A stretch of 64,000 bases of DNA from a candidate division FCPU426 bacterium (GTDB taxonomy: Bacteria; Oederibacteriota; JAAXVQ01; JAUVAV01), in contig DAOWGI010000092.1 of assembly GCA_030637655.1 (NCBI GenBank), positions 33,631-97,630 on the forward strand, given 5' to 3'. A program made the translations under genes and the position numbers. Shown in pieces: positions 31,544 through 41,469 of this stretch (positions are counted from its first letter, which is position 1; each line of letters begins with the position of its first letter). The notes beneath the pieces are model-generated. The model had not been told where the DNA came from and ran no database searches. It was given only the letters and a program-made list of their open reading frames with translations.

Positions 31544-32440
31544 TTAGGCCGCCAGACAGGCGACTGCTATAGCATAAAAACGATTATCCACATTGTCTGC
31601 CCGGGAATTCAAAACCATTGGCACTTTAGCTCCCACAGCAATCCCACCCAGCGGTCCTTCCGCTAAAAACGTCTGCGATTTGGAGAGCATATTGCCGCAC
31701 TCGATATTCGGAACCAAAAGAATATCCGCATCACCTTGAATCGGTCCCTCAATTTGTTTTTCTTTACAAACCCATTTCGAAAGCGCGTCATCCAGAGCAA
31801 AGGGGCCAACCACATGCGCTCCGGTTATTTTTCCCTGGGCCGCGAGCTCTACTAACTGGGCCGCTTCTACGGTCACCGGCATTTTTTCAGTCACATATTC
31901 CACAGCAGCCAGGATGGCGGCTTTGGGTTGCTGGTAGCCCAAACGGCGCGTAAAATCAATGGCATTCTGTAAAATATCCGCTTTGCGCTGTAAATCCGGA
32001 GCAATGTTGACCGCTGAATCAGTCACAAACAGCAAACGACCGCAGGGCTTGCTCTCTAAAACAAAAATATGTGAGATAGGTTTATTATTGCGTAATCCAA
32101 ATTCTTTGTTCAACAACGCGGACAAAATAGTGCTGGTCTTCAAGTTACCTTTCATTAAAACCTGCGCTTTTCCTTCAGCAATATATTTCACCGACTCCAT
32201 TGCTGCCAGATGTTCATCTGTGGTATCCACCAGCGCTTTGATCGGAAAATCCACTTTCAAGTCAGTACGCAGTTGCTCGATCTTGCTCTTTTCTCCGGCT
32301 AGAGCAATTTCAGCAAATCCGGTCTCATAAACACGCTGAAGCGCAAGCATAATCTCCTTGGTTTCCGGCACAGCCACGGAAATGGTTTTTTTAGGCGCGC
32401 CTTTGAGTTGTTCTACAATTTCGGCAAAATTTTTCAACAT
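31544..32440 (-). CDS. ptb: Phosphate butyryl/acetyltransferase (PTA_PTB family)
   Basis: LMKGNLKT, TDSAVNIAP, LAAVEYV, GPFALDDA, ADILLVPNIECGN, LNSRAD. Confidence 0.85.
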   Translation of the reverse strand: MLKNFAEIVEQLKGAPKKTISVAVPETKEIMLALQRVYETGFAEIALAGEKSKIEQLRTDLKVDFPIKALVDTTDEHLAAMESVKYIAEGKAQVLMKGNLKTSTILSALLNKEFGLRNNKPISHIFVLESKPCGRLLFVTDSAVNIAPDLQRKADILQNAIDFTRRLGYQQPKAAILAAVEYVTEKMPVTVEAAQLVELAAQGKITGAHVVGPFALDDALSKWVCKEKQIEGPIQGDADILLVPNIECGNMLSKSQTFLAEGPLGGIAVGAKVPMVLNSRADNVDNRFYAIAVACLAA

Positions 32441-32459
32441 AACAAATACCCTTCCTGTG

Positions 32460-32984
32460 CTAAGAAGCTTTAGCTTCTTGCCATTGTACTATAGTATTCA
32501 CAATCATTGGCACGGTCCGCTTATTGGTATCACACGTCCAATCAGCCTTCGCATAATAGATTTCGCGTTGCGCCAATAATGTTTGAATTCTTTCCCACGC
32601 CTCGGCGCGCGTTCCGGCCAACAAGGGCCGGTCTTGGGCCTTGCCCACGCGTTGCAGAATGCTTTCCGGATTGGCGCCCAGACAAATCACATCGCCGAGC
32701 CTGCGCAACAAAGGCCAGTTGTGCTCTGCCAGAACAATCCCACCGCCTGTGGAAATAACCTGCTTGCCTAACGGCTGCCCGGTTAAATATCGTAATAACT
32801 CCGTCTCTAAGGCACGAAACGCAGGTTCTCCGTCATCGGAAAAAATGTTTGAAATGAATTTACCGGCACGCTGCGTAATAAGCTCATCGGTATCCACAAA
32901 AGTATACTGTAGCCGCGCAGCCAGAGCTTGTCCCACAACCGTCTTTCCGGTTCCCATAAAACCCACTAAAACAACAGAAGTCAT
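32460..32984 (-). CDS. aroK: Shikimate kinase
   Basis: GFMGTGKT, GEPAFR, STGGGIV, RPLL. Confidence 0.95.
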   Translation of the reverse strand: MTSVVLVGFMGTGKTVVGQALAARLQYTFVDTDELITQRAGKFISNIFSDDGEPAFRALETELLRYLTGQPLGKQVISTGGGIVLAEHNWPLLRRLGDVICLGANPESILQRVGKAQDRPLLAGTRAEAWERIQTLLAQREIYYAKADWTCDTNKRTVPMIVNTIVQWQEAKAS

Positions 32985-34153
32985 CGCTTAGCCAGATACT
33001 TTTGGTATGTTTTCCAATGGGAACGAATTTCTGAGATCGAATCACCGCCAAATTTCTCCTGCCAGGCGGTCACCAGCGTTATGGCCAGCATTGCCTCGCC
33101 CACGACCGCGGCTGCCGGCACAGCGCAGATATCCGAGCGTTCATAACCGGCGGCTGAGCGTTGTTTGCTCGACATGTCAATCGATAGTATTGGTTTTTTC
33201 AGGGTGGCAATCGGTTTCATGGCCGCTTGCACTAAAATCACTTCTCCGGTACTAATGCCGCCTTCCACACCTCCGGCATGATTGGTCTTCCGGCCAAAAC
33301 CTCCATTGCTTGCTCCTTTATGATATGTAATACTATCATGCACTTGAGAGCCTGCCAGAGTAGCCGCTTGAAATCCCAGGCCAAACGCAACCCCTTTAAT
33401 AGCAGGAATACTCATTATTGCACCGGCCAGGCGCATATCCAAACGCCGGTCCCAATGCACATGACTGCCCAAACCGGGCACCAACCCCCAGGCAGCTATT
33501 GAAAAAATTCCGCCCAGAGTATCACCCGCGTTCTGGGCCTTAGTAATGGCTCGGCGCATATGTTCAGCGCTCTTTTCATCCGGGCAATGGACATCAGACT
33601 TCTCAGCCCTTGCTGCCAGCTGCTTGACTGCGCCTGTCAGCTGCGGTGCGCGCGCAGCTCCGATCTGGGTTACCCACGATCCCAGTGCAATATCAAAACA
33701 TTCTAAAAAAACTTTAGCCACTGCGCCCACTGCCACCCGGGCAGCGGTTTCCCGGGCCGAGGCTCTCTCCAAAATATCCCGAAAATCCTGACGGTCATAC
33801 TTCAATGCCCCCACCAGATCAGCATGCCCGGGACGTGGACACCGCACAACGCGCTTACCGCGAGCTGACGGTTTTTTTTCAACAGCCATAATATCCTGCC
33901 AATTCAACCAATCGCGATTCTCGATGCTCATGGCCAAAGGCGTGCCCAAAGTCTGTCCATGGCGCAAACCCGCTGTGATCTGCACTTGATCTTTTTCAAT
34001 CAACATGCGGCCACCCCGACCATACCCGCGCTGTCTCCGGGCCAATTCCCGGTTGATGCGCTGTGAACTCAGTGACATTCCGGCCGGCAGCCCCTCAATG
34101 ATCATACTCAATGCTTGGCCGTGAGATTCCCCGGCCGTTAAATAACGAAACAT
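32981..34153 (-). CDS. aroC: Chorismate synthase
   Basis: TAGESHG, RPGHAD, ERASARETA, MKPIATL, RSDICAVP. Confidence 0.97.
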   Translation of the reverse strand: MFRYLTAGESHGQALSMIIEGLPAGMSLSSQRINRELARRQRGYGRGGRMLIEKDQVQITAGLRHGQTLGTPLAMSIENRDWLNWQDIMAVEKKPSARGKRVVRCPRPGHADLVGALKYDRQDFRDILERASARETAARVAVGAVAKVFLECFDIALGSWVTQIGAARAPQLTGAVKQLAARAEKSDVHCPDEKSAEHMRRAITKAQNAGDTLGGIFSIAAWGLVPGLGSHVHWDRRLDMRLAGAIMSIPAIKGVAFGLGFQAATLAGSQVHDSITYHKGASNGGFGRKTNHAGGVEGGISTGEVILVQAAMKPIATLKKPILSIDMSSKQRSAAGYERSDICAVPAAAVVGEAMLAITLVTAWQEKFGGDSISEIRSHWKTYQKYLAKR

Positions 34154-34191
34154 AAGTCGTGCTCACTTTCCAGTATGAATGTGGATATCCA

Positions 34192-34219
34192 GTAGGGGCG
34201 CGATTAATCGCGCCCTTAC
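34192..34219. repeat. GTAG-type REP-like palindrome
   Basis: GTAGGGGCGCGATTAATCGCGCCCTTAC. Confidence 0.8.
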
Positions 34220-34225
34220 CATGCC

Positions 34226-36565
34226 TCATTCCAAAATATGCGTGGTTAAAAACACAACCAATTCAACCTTATTCTTCGTGCTTACATTGCTCCGAAATAA
34301 AAAGCCCAGCAAGGGGATATCTCCCAGCAAAGGAACTTTAGACTCCCGCATACTTTCTTCATCCCGTACCATACCACCGATCACAATGGTTTCGCCGTCA
34401 TCCACTAACATTTGCGTGGTCGCAGATCGTGTACTGGTAATAGGCGGCGAGCCTGTTCCCACCACTGTGGCTACTTCCAGGGTCATAGGATTCAGCAGGA
34501 CTTGACCCTCTTTGGTGATCTGAGGCTTGACTGTCAGACTTATCGGCAGTTCCAGATAATTTACCACATTGGAGACAACACCATTGCTGACATTGCTGGT
34601 TGCATAAGGAATGTTCTGACTGGCTTTTAAAACAGCACTCTTATTGTTCAAAGTGGCAATTCGCGGATTTGAGATGGTATTCACCTTACCCTTGGATTCA
34701 AGCGCTGATAAAGTCGCATTCAAATCAATACCCTCTTGCAAGGTACCTATAATAATCTGTCCGACTTGTCCTACAGCATCCGGATTGGTACTGGCTGTGA
34801 ATTGAGGGTCTATGCTCGAACTGATGCTTCGAGCAGTCCAATTGACACCTAAATCCCGCTGATTGGAGCGTGAGACCTCAACAATCCTGGCTTCAATCAT
34901 CACTTGCTGCGCTTTAGTATCCAAACTGCGTATTATTTTAGCGATATGGGTGACCTTTCCCGGGATATCATTAACCACCAGCGAATTTTCGGAATTATTC
35001 TCTTGTATGGATCCCAAAGAGGATAGCATGGGTTGAATCGCGGGCAAGATTTTTTCGGCCTGTGAATAACTCAATACAAAGGTTCGGGTAACCAAACGCC
35101 GTTCCACATCCATGCGACGAATGACCTCGCGCACACGAACCATATCGCTGGGAATGGCGGAAACAATAATGCGATTAGCCGTGGATTCCAATACCACTTT
35201 GCCTTTTGCTCCATCTGTCAGAATGGCTTCTATGGAATCTTTTACATTGGAATCTTTTACTTCCATATTTTTCATAGTAAAGACTCGCGTCTCCACCGGA
35301 AATTCAGAAGCCAAACCAATACGCAGGGTATTGCCGCTTACCACATAGGCCATTTGGCGGGAACGCAAAATGAAATCCAAAACCGTATTGAACGCCTGTT
35401 CCTTAATCGAGAGTGTGACCAGAGCTTGCGATTCCTCGATTTTTTCCATACCCGGAGTCAGGACCATGTCAAAACCGGCCTCTGCGGCCAGGGCACGCAA
35501 CACAGCTCTTAAATCAGCGTTTTGCAAATCCACGGAAATACGCGAGGTAATATTACCGCGTTTACCAGTGGCTTGAACAGAACCCGGATTATTGAATTCA
35601 ACTAAAATTTGATTTTGATCTTTAAAAACCAAATAGGGTGTGGTTTGCGATAACCGCAGGGCAATTTGCACAACCGGTTCTCCCATCACTGTTTTTTGGG
35701 CCGCCTTAACACTGCGCACCACACCAATGGGCAAACGAGGAATCCGTCCATGCCAGGTCAAGTCCGCGCCATGGATTTTGAGAACAAACTTCTTTCCCTG
35801 ATTGGTTCGTTCCACACGATACCGGACTTGTCCATTGGTGGTAACGGTAATCCGTGTTTTTTCCCCAAAATCCTGCGCAGTCACATCCACCACTTGATAA
35901 CCGACTATATCGGTAGTCATTATGGATTTGCTGTAATGGCTGTTTTTCTTGCTTGCTTGGGGTTTGGCAATAACTGCCTCGCTGCGGGCAGAACCAAATT
36001 TCCCGGCATACCGTGCCGGCAAACGCAAGGTAATACCGCGGCGATGGGTTTCCCGAATCCATTTAACACTCTCATCCAAATCCAAAACCACCCAAACGTT
36101 TTCGTCATGCTGCGCCGAACGAATTCTTTTCAAGGGTGTTTGATTTACCGACAGTCGTGTCGTCTTCCAGGTTAGTAAGGTGTCGTGTACTTTTAAAAGC
36201 ATCCGGTTTGGTTTGGACAGATAGCTCATGCTGCTGCTGACTTTCTGCGAGGTAGTAATTTTCACCACCGGCAAACCGTTTTCCGTCTCTACCTGAACCT
36301 TAGTTAAGCGCGCGGACCAGGTTGGTTCGGTGTCGGCTTCAGCTTCCGCCCTGTCTTCAAATCCGCCTTCGTACGGTTCACTCGCGTCGAACTCCCCGGC
36401 GGCCGAGGCATCGGCCACCTGTTCAATGCCAACACCAATAGTACCCTCGGTAGTCACATCATCCAGAGCCCATACCCTAACCGGTGATTGACCTAACCAA
36501 AGCACGCTCAACGCTACTATCACGAAGTTCAGGAATTGTCTCCCCTGCCTTCCAGTTGTATGCAT
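34226..36565 (-). CDS. pilQ: Type IV pilus secretin PilQ with AMIN domains
   Basis: Signal peptide, two AMIN-like repeats, STN/N domains, QVMIEARIVEV, LSALE, KVPLLGDIPLLGFLFR, ELVVFLT. Confidence 0.93.
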   Translation of the reverse strand: MHTTGRQGRQFLNFVIVALSVLWLGQSPVRVWALDDVTTEGTIGVGIEQVADASAAGEFDASEPYEGGFEDRAEAEADTEPTWSARLTKVQVETENGLPVVKITTSQKVSSSMSYLSKPNRMLLKVHDTLLTWKTTRLSVNQTPLKRIRSAQHDENVWVVLDLDESVKWIRETHRRGITLRLPARYAGKFGSARSEAVIAKPQASKKNSHYSKSIMTTDIVGYQVVDVTAQDFGEKTRITVTTNGQVRYRVERTNQGKKFVLKIHGADLTWHGRIPRLPIGVVRSVKAAQKTVMGEPVVQIALRLSQTTPYLVFKDQNQILVEFNNPGSVQATGKRGNITSRISVDLQNADLRAVLRALAAEAGFDMVLTPGMEKIEESQALVTLSIKEQAFNTVLDFILRSRQMAYVVSGNTLRIGLASEFPVETRVFTMKNMEVKDSNVKDSIEAILTDGAKGKVVLESTANRIIVSAIPSDMVRVREVIRRMDVERRLVTRTFVLSYSQAEKILPAIQPMLSSLGSIQENNSENSLVVNDIPGKVTHIAKIIRSLDTKAQQVMIEARIVEVSRSNQRDLGVNWTARSISSSIDPQFTASTNPDAVGQVGQIIIGTLQEGIDLNATLSALESKGKVNTISNPRIATLNNKSAVLKASQNIPYATSNVSNGVVSNVVNYLELPISLTVKPQITKEGQVLLNPMTLEVATVVGTGSPPITSTRSATTQMLVDDGETIVIGGMVRDEESMRESKVPLLGDIPLLGFLFRSNVSTKNKVELVVFLTTHILE

Positions 36566-36604
36566 AGGTTGGCGAACGCTCCTTTCATTTTGGTGAAAAC
36601 GCTC

Positions 36605-37042
36605 TCAGTTCGAGCGAAGCTTAAAAACAATCCGCTTCTCATCTTGTATTAATACCACTTCTTTGGGATTCAACACTTTCCCGGTAATCCCCGGAATCGC
36701 TTGATGATTTTCGCGGAACAGTTTATTGTCCTGCAAAATATAACCGAATTTAGTGCCTGTTTGCGAAGCAAATAAGGCCATGGCTTGCTTCGGATTTCGG
36801 ATCACCCCGGTTAAACGCAAATTCTCAATATTCACCTTCTCAATCACATGATGCAAACGACCGGCATACGGTTGCACAAAAGGATCCCGCCGGCCGTGGG
36901 CCTCATACTTTATTTTTTTTTGCCGCGGAAACGTTTGGGGATCACCAAATCCCGCTACCACCGGCAAGGCAATTCCTGGCAGCAGCAACAATGCGATTGT
37001 CGCGTATCCGAATTGCAAACATTTACTGCGTACGTCGCACAT
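36605..37042 (-). CDS. pilP: PilP-like protein
   Basis: RRDPF motif, LRLTGVI, position between pilO and pilQ; no obvious lipobox. Confidence 0.65.
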   Translation of the reverse strand: MCDVRSKCLQFGYATIALLLLPGIALPVVAGFGDPQTFPRQKKIKYEAHGRRDPFVQPYAGRLHHVIEKVNIENLRLTGVIRNPKQAMALFASQTGTKFGYILQDNKLFRENHQAIPGITGKVLNPKEVVLIQDEKRIVFKLRSN

Positions 37043-37565
37043 AAGTCACCAAGGTTATTTGGGCTGAGATGGAATCCGTAGTACCGGTCTTATCCCGGCC
37101 TGATATTTGAAAATCTTGTGTGGTTACCAAACGCGGCAATGCGTCCAATTTGCCGACAAACATGCCCAAGGCATGATAATCACAGGTAATGGTCAATTGA
37201 ATCGGTTGTATGAAATAATTTTCTTTTACCGCCACGTTCTGCGGAGCAAATTGAAAGTCTTTAATATTGCATTCCGCGGCCACGCGAGTGACGTCCTTCA
37301 ACAATTCCGGCATTCTGGGTTGGCTCGGAACACAGTCCTCCAGATTTTGTATTTCCATTTGCAGTTTTCCCATACGTGCCGTGAACTCATCATAACGGGC
37401 CACTAATTCCTGGGCTGTAGCCAATTGTTTCTGTTGGACAACATACGCAGCGTTACGTTCGGCCATACGTTTATGCAACGGCACAAAAGCAAACAGCACA
37501 TAAAGCACCAGGACCACAACCGCACCGAGACCAATGATGATGTAATTCAACAGGTCTTTATTCAT
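37023..37565 (-). CDS. pilO: Type IV pilus assembly protein PilO
   Basis: N-terminal TM, coiled coil, VP....MPELL, YHALGMFV..L..LPRLV. Confidence 0.88.
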   Translation of the reverse strand: MNKDLLNYIIIGLGAVVVLVLYVLFAFVPLHKRMAERNAAYVVQQKQLATAQELVARYDEFTARMGKLQMEIQNLEDCVPSQPRMPELLKDVTRVAAECNIKDFQFAPQNVAVKENYFIQPIQLTITCDYHALGMFVGKLDALPRLVTTQDFQISGRDKTGTTDSISAQITLVTYVRRTQ

Positions 37566-38142
37566 CCTTTTTCTCCTGAGGTGCCAATTTTTGCGCGTAT
37601 TCCATTTTCAACTTAAACTGCACTTGCGGTGTCTGATTGACCTTGGTTTCGGTCAAAGCTTCCAAAGTCACGTTGGTAAACAGTTGCGAATTTTCCAACA
37701 TAGTCAAGAAATCAGCCACAGCTATTTTATGATACGCTTCTCCCTCCAACATCAGTACTAAGACCTGCTCTTTTTCCTCGCGTTGGGAGAGCACTTTGGT
37801 CAACCACATGTCGGCCTGGATCTGATCTGCCAGTTCATCCAGAATGGTTATCCAAACCGGTTGTTCCCGGGTCAATTCTCGTACCATGGCCTGTACGACT
37901 GCAATTTTTTTTTCCTGCTCCACCAATCCCATTAAGGGACCGGCTTTTTCCGCCACTAATGCTTCAGCTGCTTTTGATTTTCGAATCTTCATCTCAATAC
38001 GTTTGGTCTGTGCCAGGATGCCCAATAATATAAATATCATTATTATTGCCGCCATGGACCCGGTGATAATAATATACGTGTAAAATCGCAGAGCGACTTT
38101 GGTCTTCCGTACTTTTGAGGGAAGTAAATTAATTTGTACCAC
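37558..38142 (-). CDS. pilN: Type IV pilus assembly protein PilN
   Basis: QINLLP motif, TM, coiled coil, MWLT, VADFL..LE.S.LF. Confidence 0.9.
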   Translation of the reverse strand: MVQINLLPSKVRKTKVALRFYTYIIITGSMAAIIMIFILLGILAQTKRIEMKIRKSKAAEALVAEKAGPLMGLVEQEKKIAVVQAMVRELTREQPVWITILDELADQIQADMWLTKVLSQREEKEQVLVLMLEGEAYHKIAVADFLTMLENSQLFTNVTLEALTETKVNQTPQVQFKLKMEYAQKLAPQEKKDE

Positions 38143-38145
38143 GCA

Positions 38146-39252
38146 TTACTCCATTTGTCTCAGGGCGAGTCCCACCCCAATGTTAAACTTCTGCGCTTGC
38201 TCAAAAATAAACTCATGATCAAATTCTTTGTCCGGAATGATAATCTCGCGAAACGGATCATTGATCTCGACAGCCATATCAAATTTATCCGCTAAATATT
38301 TATCCAAACTTCTCAGCTTGCCGGAACCGCCGGACAGCACAATCCGGGAAATGGATTTCTTGCGAATGGAGCTTTCGTAATAATCAAACGAACGTTGAAT
38401 CTCTGCGACCAGCTTGTTGAGCACCGGAGTAATAGCCTCGCCAATGCGCGCCGCATTGTCGTCTTCTTTGGGGATCGACATCTGCATAATATCTTCGGAT
38501 TCAATCAAGACCTTACCGTCGGTTTTTTTCAAAGCCTCGGCATCCGCAAAGGTGATATCAAACTCGCGTTGGATTTCACGCGTAAAATTATTTCCTGCCA
38601 CCGCCACATCACGGGTTAAGTGCGTCACACCGTCTTCCAAAACATTAATAGTGGTCAGTTTGGCGCCGATGTTAATCAAACAGATGGTTTCCCCTTCATT
38701 CAACCCATAATTTAATTTATAAGAATTCTGCAGGGCAAAAGTGTCCACCTCAATAGCAATTGGATTTAATCCGACCAATCGAAGCAACTGGACATGCATA
38801 TCAATAATTTCTTCCTTGGCCGCAACCAGCAACACCTCTATTTTTTGAATCCCCTCTTCTTCCACTTCTCCCAGAATGAAAAAATCCAAAACTACTTGAT
38901 CAATGGCCAACGGTATGTACTGTTCCGCTTCCAGGGAAATAACATTTTTTAGTTCTTCCTCTGACATGAGCGGAAGTTTCACATAACGCACAATCACAGA
39001 ATCACCGGCAATGGAAGAGACCACGTTTTTACAGGTAATTTTATTTTCTTTGAGCACGCTTTTTATTGCTTCGGCGAGCATCTCATTACGCAAGGCAGGA
39101 TCCGCTTCTTCTTGAATTTCAGAAGCAATTTGCATGCTGGCCAGGCTCTCCAGACGTTGCCGCTCGCCTTTTTTCTGGAGCTGAACAACTTTCACTGTAT
39201 GACTTCCGATATCCAAACCAATCAGTTTTCGGCTTTTAAAGAAATCTAACAC
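38146..39252 (-). CDS. pilM: Type IV pilus assembly protein PilM
   Basis: IGLDIGSHTVK, EAEQYIP, VLLVAAK, INIGA, LSGGS, GLALR. Confidence 0.93.
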   Translation of the reverse strand: MLDFFKSRKLIGLDIGSHTVKVVQLQKKGERQRLESLASMQIASEIQEEADPALRNEMLAEAIKSVLKENKITCKNVVSSIAGDSVIVRYVKLPLMSEEELKNVISLEAEQYIPLAIDQVVLDFFILGEVEEEGIQKIEVLLVAAKEEIIDMHVQLLRLVGLNPIAIEVDTFALQNSYKLNYGLNEGETICLINIGAKLTTINVLEDGVTHLTRDVAVAGNNFTREIQREFDITFADAEALKKTDGKVLIESEDIMQMSIPKEDDNAARIGEAITPVLNKLVAEIQRSFDYYESSIRKKSISRIVLSGGSGKLRSLDKYLADKFDMAVEINDPFREIIIPDKEFDHEFIFEQAQKFNIGVGLALRQME

Positions 39253-39297
39253 CCGCGCCTCCTTGTTCTTCTACAACGCAGGTCCCGGTAGCAAAAA

Positions 39298-39416
39298 TTG
39301 GGACTGCTGAAAAACCCGAAAAATCCCCTTTTCTAATTCTAGAGCACATACTTCATGATTTTCTGCCTAGCCCTCGAATAACCTAACACGTACTGGAACT
39401 TTTTTCAGCTTCCCAA
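39298..39416. mobile_element. Possible degenerate MITE with GCTGAAAAA ends
   Basis: TTGGGACTGCTGAAAAA at left vs reverse complement TTGGGAAGCTGAAAAA at right; single copy in the window. Confidence 0.35.
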
Positions 39417-39419
39417 ACG

Positions 39420-39545
39420 GTAAGAGCGTTTAATTAAACGCCCTTACACGGGCGCACTCAGTGCGCCCCTACAATATCCCCGATTAAAGTCTTCGGGTAT
39501 GACAACCCTTTCAGAAAATAACCTTTCCGTAATAGAAACCAAATC
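39420..39545. repeat. Composite REP cluster (two GTAG-type units, half GTCATTCCC unit, spacer module)
   Basis: GTAAGAGCGTTTAATTAAACGCCCTTAC, CGGGCGCACTCAGTGCGCCCCTAC, ATCCCCGATTAAAGTCTTCGGGTATGAC; modules shared with 18706-18863. Confidence 0.8.
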
Positions 39546-39669
39546 TGCTCCGGAAAATTTTCGACCTTGTACTTTTTATAAGTTTTTTGTTAAAGCTTAT
39601 TAACGTTCTGCTTTTTTCTTATTATACATCTTTTTTTGGATTATAAAGACGAATCTCAGAAAAATCAAG

Positions 39670-39709
39670 AAAAAAAGAGCATTCCCGAACTCAGAAAAAA
39701 TGCTCTTTT
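39670..39709 (-). terminator. Possible intrinsic terminator after the pilin gene
   Basis: Minus strand AAAAGAGCATT...AATGCTCTTTTTTT; the loop is long. Confidence 0.4.
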
Positions 39710-39743
39710 CATTTTTTTACTACATTATCCTGTGGTTAATAGA

Positions 39744-40238
39744 CTACTGATACCCATACGTTGTGTAAGATATTCCGCTCGTATCAGTGCACGAACTATT
39801 GACCCAAATTCGTCCGGTGTTGGATTGCTCAGGTCCATCATAACGCCATCCAGTACCATAAGTGTTTGGGCATCCCAGGCTGGGTTCATCGGTGAATGAT
39901 TTATTCGTCACTTCATTTCCTGCCGGACTTTTTTCAGGATCAGCCGGATAGGTAACCAAGACCTTTGGCATTGCCGGCAAATAATCGCCAAAACCATACC
40001 CTGGTGTTTTATCGGAGACATCCAAGGTTGTGGGCCAGACACCTTCATGATCACCATAATAAATCGAGATGGCTGCTTTGATGGCACTAATATTGGATTT
40101 GGTGGCAGCCTCCCGGGATTTTTCCTGCCATTCCTGAATATACGGATAGGCCAACGCGGCCAAAATACCTAAGATCGCCACAAACATGGCCCACTCCAAA
40201 TACGTAAACCCCTGTTGCAATTTAAATACGTTCCGCAT
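39744..40238 (-). CDS. Type IV pilin / pseudopilin
   Basis: Class III signal peptide QQG|FTYLEWAMFVAILGILAALAYP with Glu5; AISIYYGDHEGVWP; C-terminal Cys pair. Confidence 0.85.
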   Translation of the reverse strand: MRNVFKLQQGFTYLEWAMFVAILGILAALAYPYIQEWQEKSREAATKSNISAIKAAISIYYGDHEGVWPTTLDVSDKTPGYGFGDYLPAMPKVLVTYPADPEKSPAGNEVTNKSFTDEPSLGCPNTYGTGWRYDGPEQSNTGRIWVNSSCTDTSGISYTTYGYQ

Positions 40239-40273
40239 ACCTGCTTACTCCTTCTCTTTTTCTATTTTACCTG

Positions 40274-40307
40274 TCTGTAGGGGCACGGCATGCCGTGCCC
40301 CTACAGA
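40274..40307. repeat. Perfect GTAG-type REP palindrome
   Basis: TCTGTAGGGGCACGGCATGCCGTGCCCCTACAGA. Confidence 0.85.
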
Positions 40308-40352
40308 TGATGATTATAATTATTTGTGGCAATTGAAATAAATGTTGTGTCC

Positions 40353-41417
40353 TTACATCGTACCTTTGACAAGCTGTTGCAAATCACGAGGATCCGTGGT
40401 GCGCGAAAAAATCTCGTTGTAGGTAACCAGTTGTTTTTGATATAAATCAAAGAGTGCCTGGTTCATGGTCTGCATCCCATACTCACTGCCGGTTTGCATC
40501 ACAGAAGTAATCTGATGTTCCTTTTCTTCGCGGATTAACTTGCGCACCGCCGATGTAGGAACAAGTATCTCACACGCCAGAACGCGTCCGGAAGAATATC
40601 CGCGCGGCAATAATTGTTGTGCCAATACGGCTTGCAACACAATGGACAATTGCATACGCGCTCGAATTTGTTGATGCGGTTCAAAAGCATCAATTAATTT
40701 ATAAATAGCCTGCACCGAATCCGTGGACTGCATAGAGGCAAACACCAGGTGCCCGGTTTCCGCCAGATTCAAAGCAGCCTGAATGGTTTCGCGTGTAGTC
40801 AACTCGCTGATCAAAACCACATCCGGATCCGAGCGCATTGCGTGATTCAGTCCTATAATACTTTCCCGGGTGTCAGTCCCAACCTCTCGTTGATTCACAA
40901 TGGATTTCTGATGATGAAAAATGTATTCCACCGGTTCTTCCACGGTCAAGACATGCACAGTCTTGTTGTGGTTAATCCAATCCACCATAGCTGCCAGCGT
41001 AGCGGACTTGCCGGAACCTGTTGGTCCGGTTACCAACACAAACCCTTTTGGCAATTGCACGATGTCCACGATGATAGGGGGCAATCCCAGTTCATCAAAA
41101 CTCATGCTCTCACCGGGAATACGACGAAGATTAGCCGCAATCGTACCCCGTTGTTTAAAAATATTCATCCGCACGCGGCCAATCTTTTCAATCTCAAAAG
41201 AGATGGTCAATTCATTATCATGTTCTAATTTTTCCCGCTGGTCATCGGTCAACACTCTATGTACCAAGGAATTGCACACTTCGGGTTTCAATTTTTCCAA
41301 ATCGGTTTTAACAATCTCTCCGTCTATGCGCAAGGCAGGTTCGGCATCCGCTGTAATATGTAAATCTGAAGCATTTTTCTCAAACAGCATGCGAATCAGA
41401 GTATCAATAGTTATCAT
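40353..41417 (-). CDS. pilT: PilT/PilU-family ATPase with degenerate catalytic motifs
   Basis: ASDLHI, GPTGSGKS, VNQREVG, AETGHLV, AVRKLIRE (AIRNLIRE-like), GMQTM. Confidence 0.85.
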   Translation of the reverse strand: MITIDTLIRMLFEKNASDLHITADAEPALRIDGEIVKTDLEKLKPEVCNSLVHRVLTDDQREKLEHDNELTISFEIEKIGRVRMNIFKQRGTIAANLRRIPGESMSFDELGLPPIIVDIVQLPKGFVLVTGPTGSGKSATLAAMVDWINHNKTVHVLTVEEPVEYIFHHQKSIVNQREVGTDTRESIIGLNHAMRSDPDVVLISELTTRETIQAALNLAETGHLVFASMQSTDSVQAIYKLIDAFEPHQQIRARMQLSIVLQAVLAQQLLPRGYSSGRVLACEILVPTSAVRKLIREEKEHQITSVMQTGSEYGMQTMNQALFDLYQKQLVTYNEIFSRTTDPRDLQQLVKGTM

Positions 41418-41469
41418 CGGTTTGCTCCTCTTAAAAAAATTAATTCATTATAGCAAATTTCTGAAGTTT

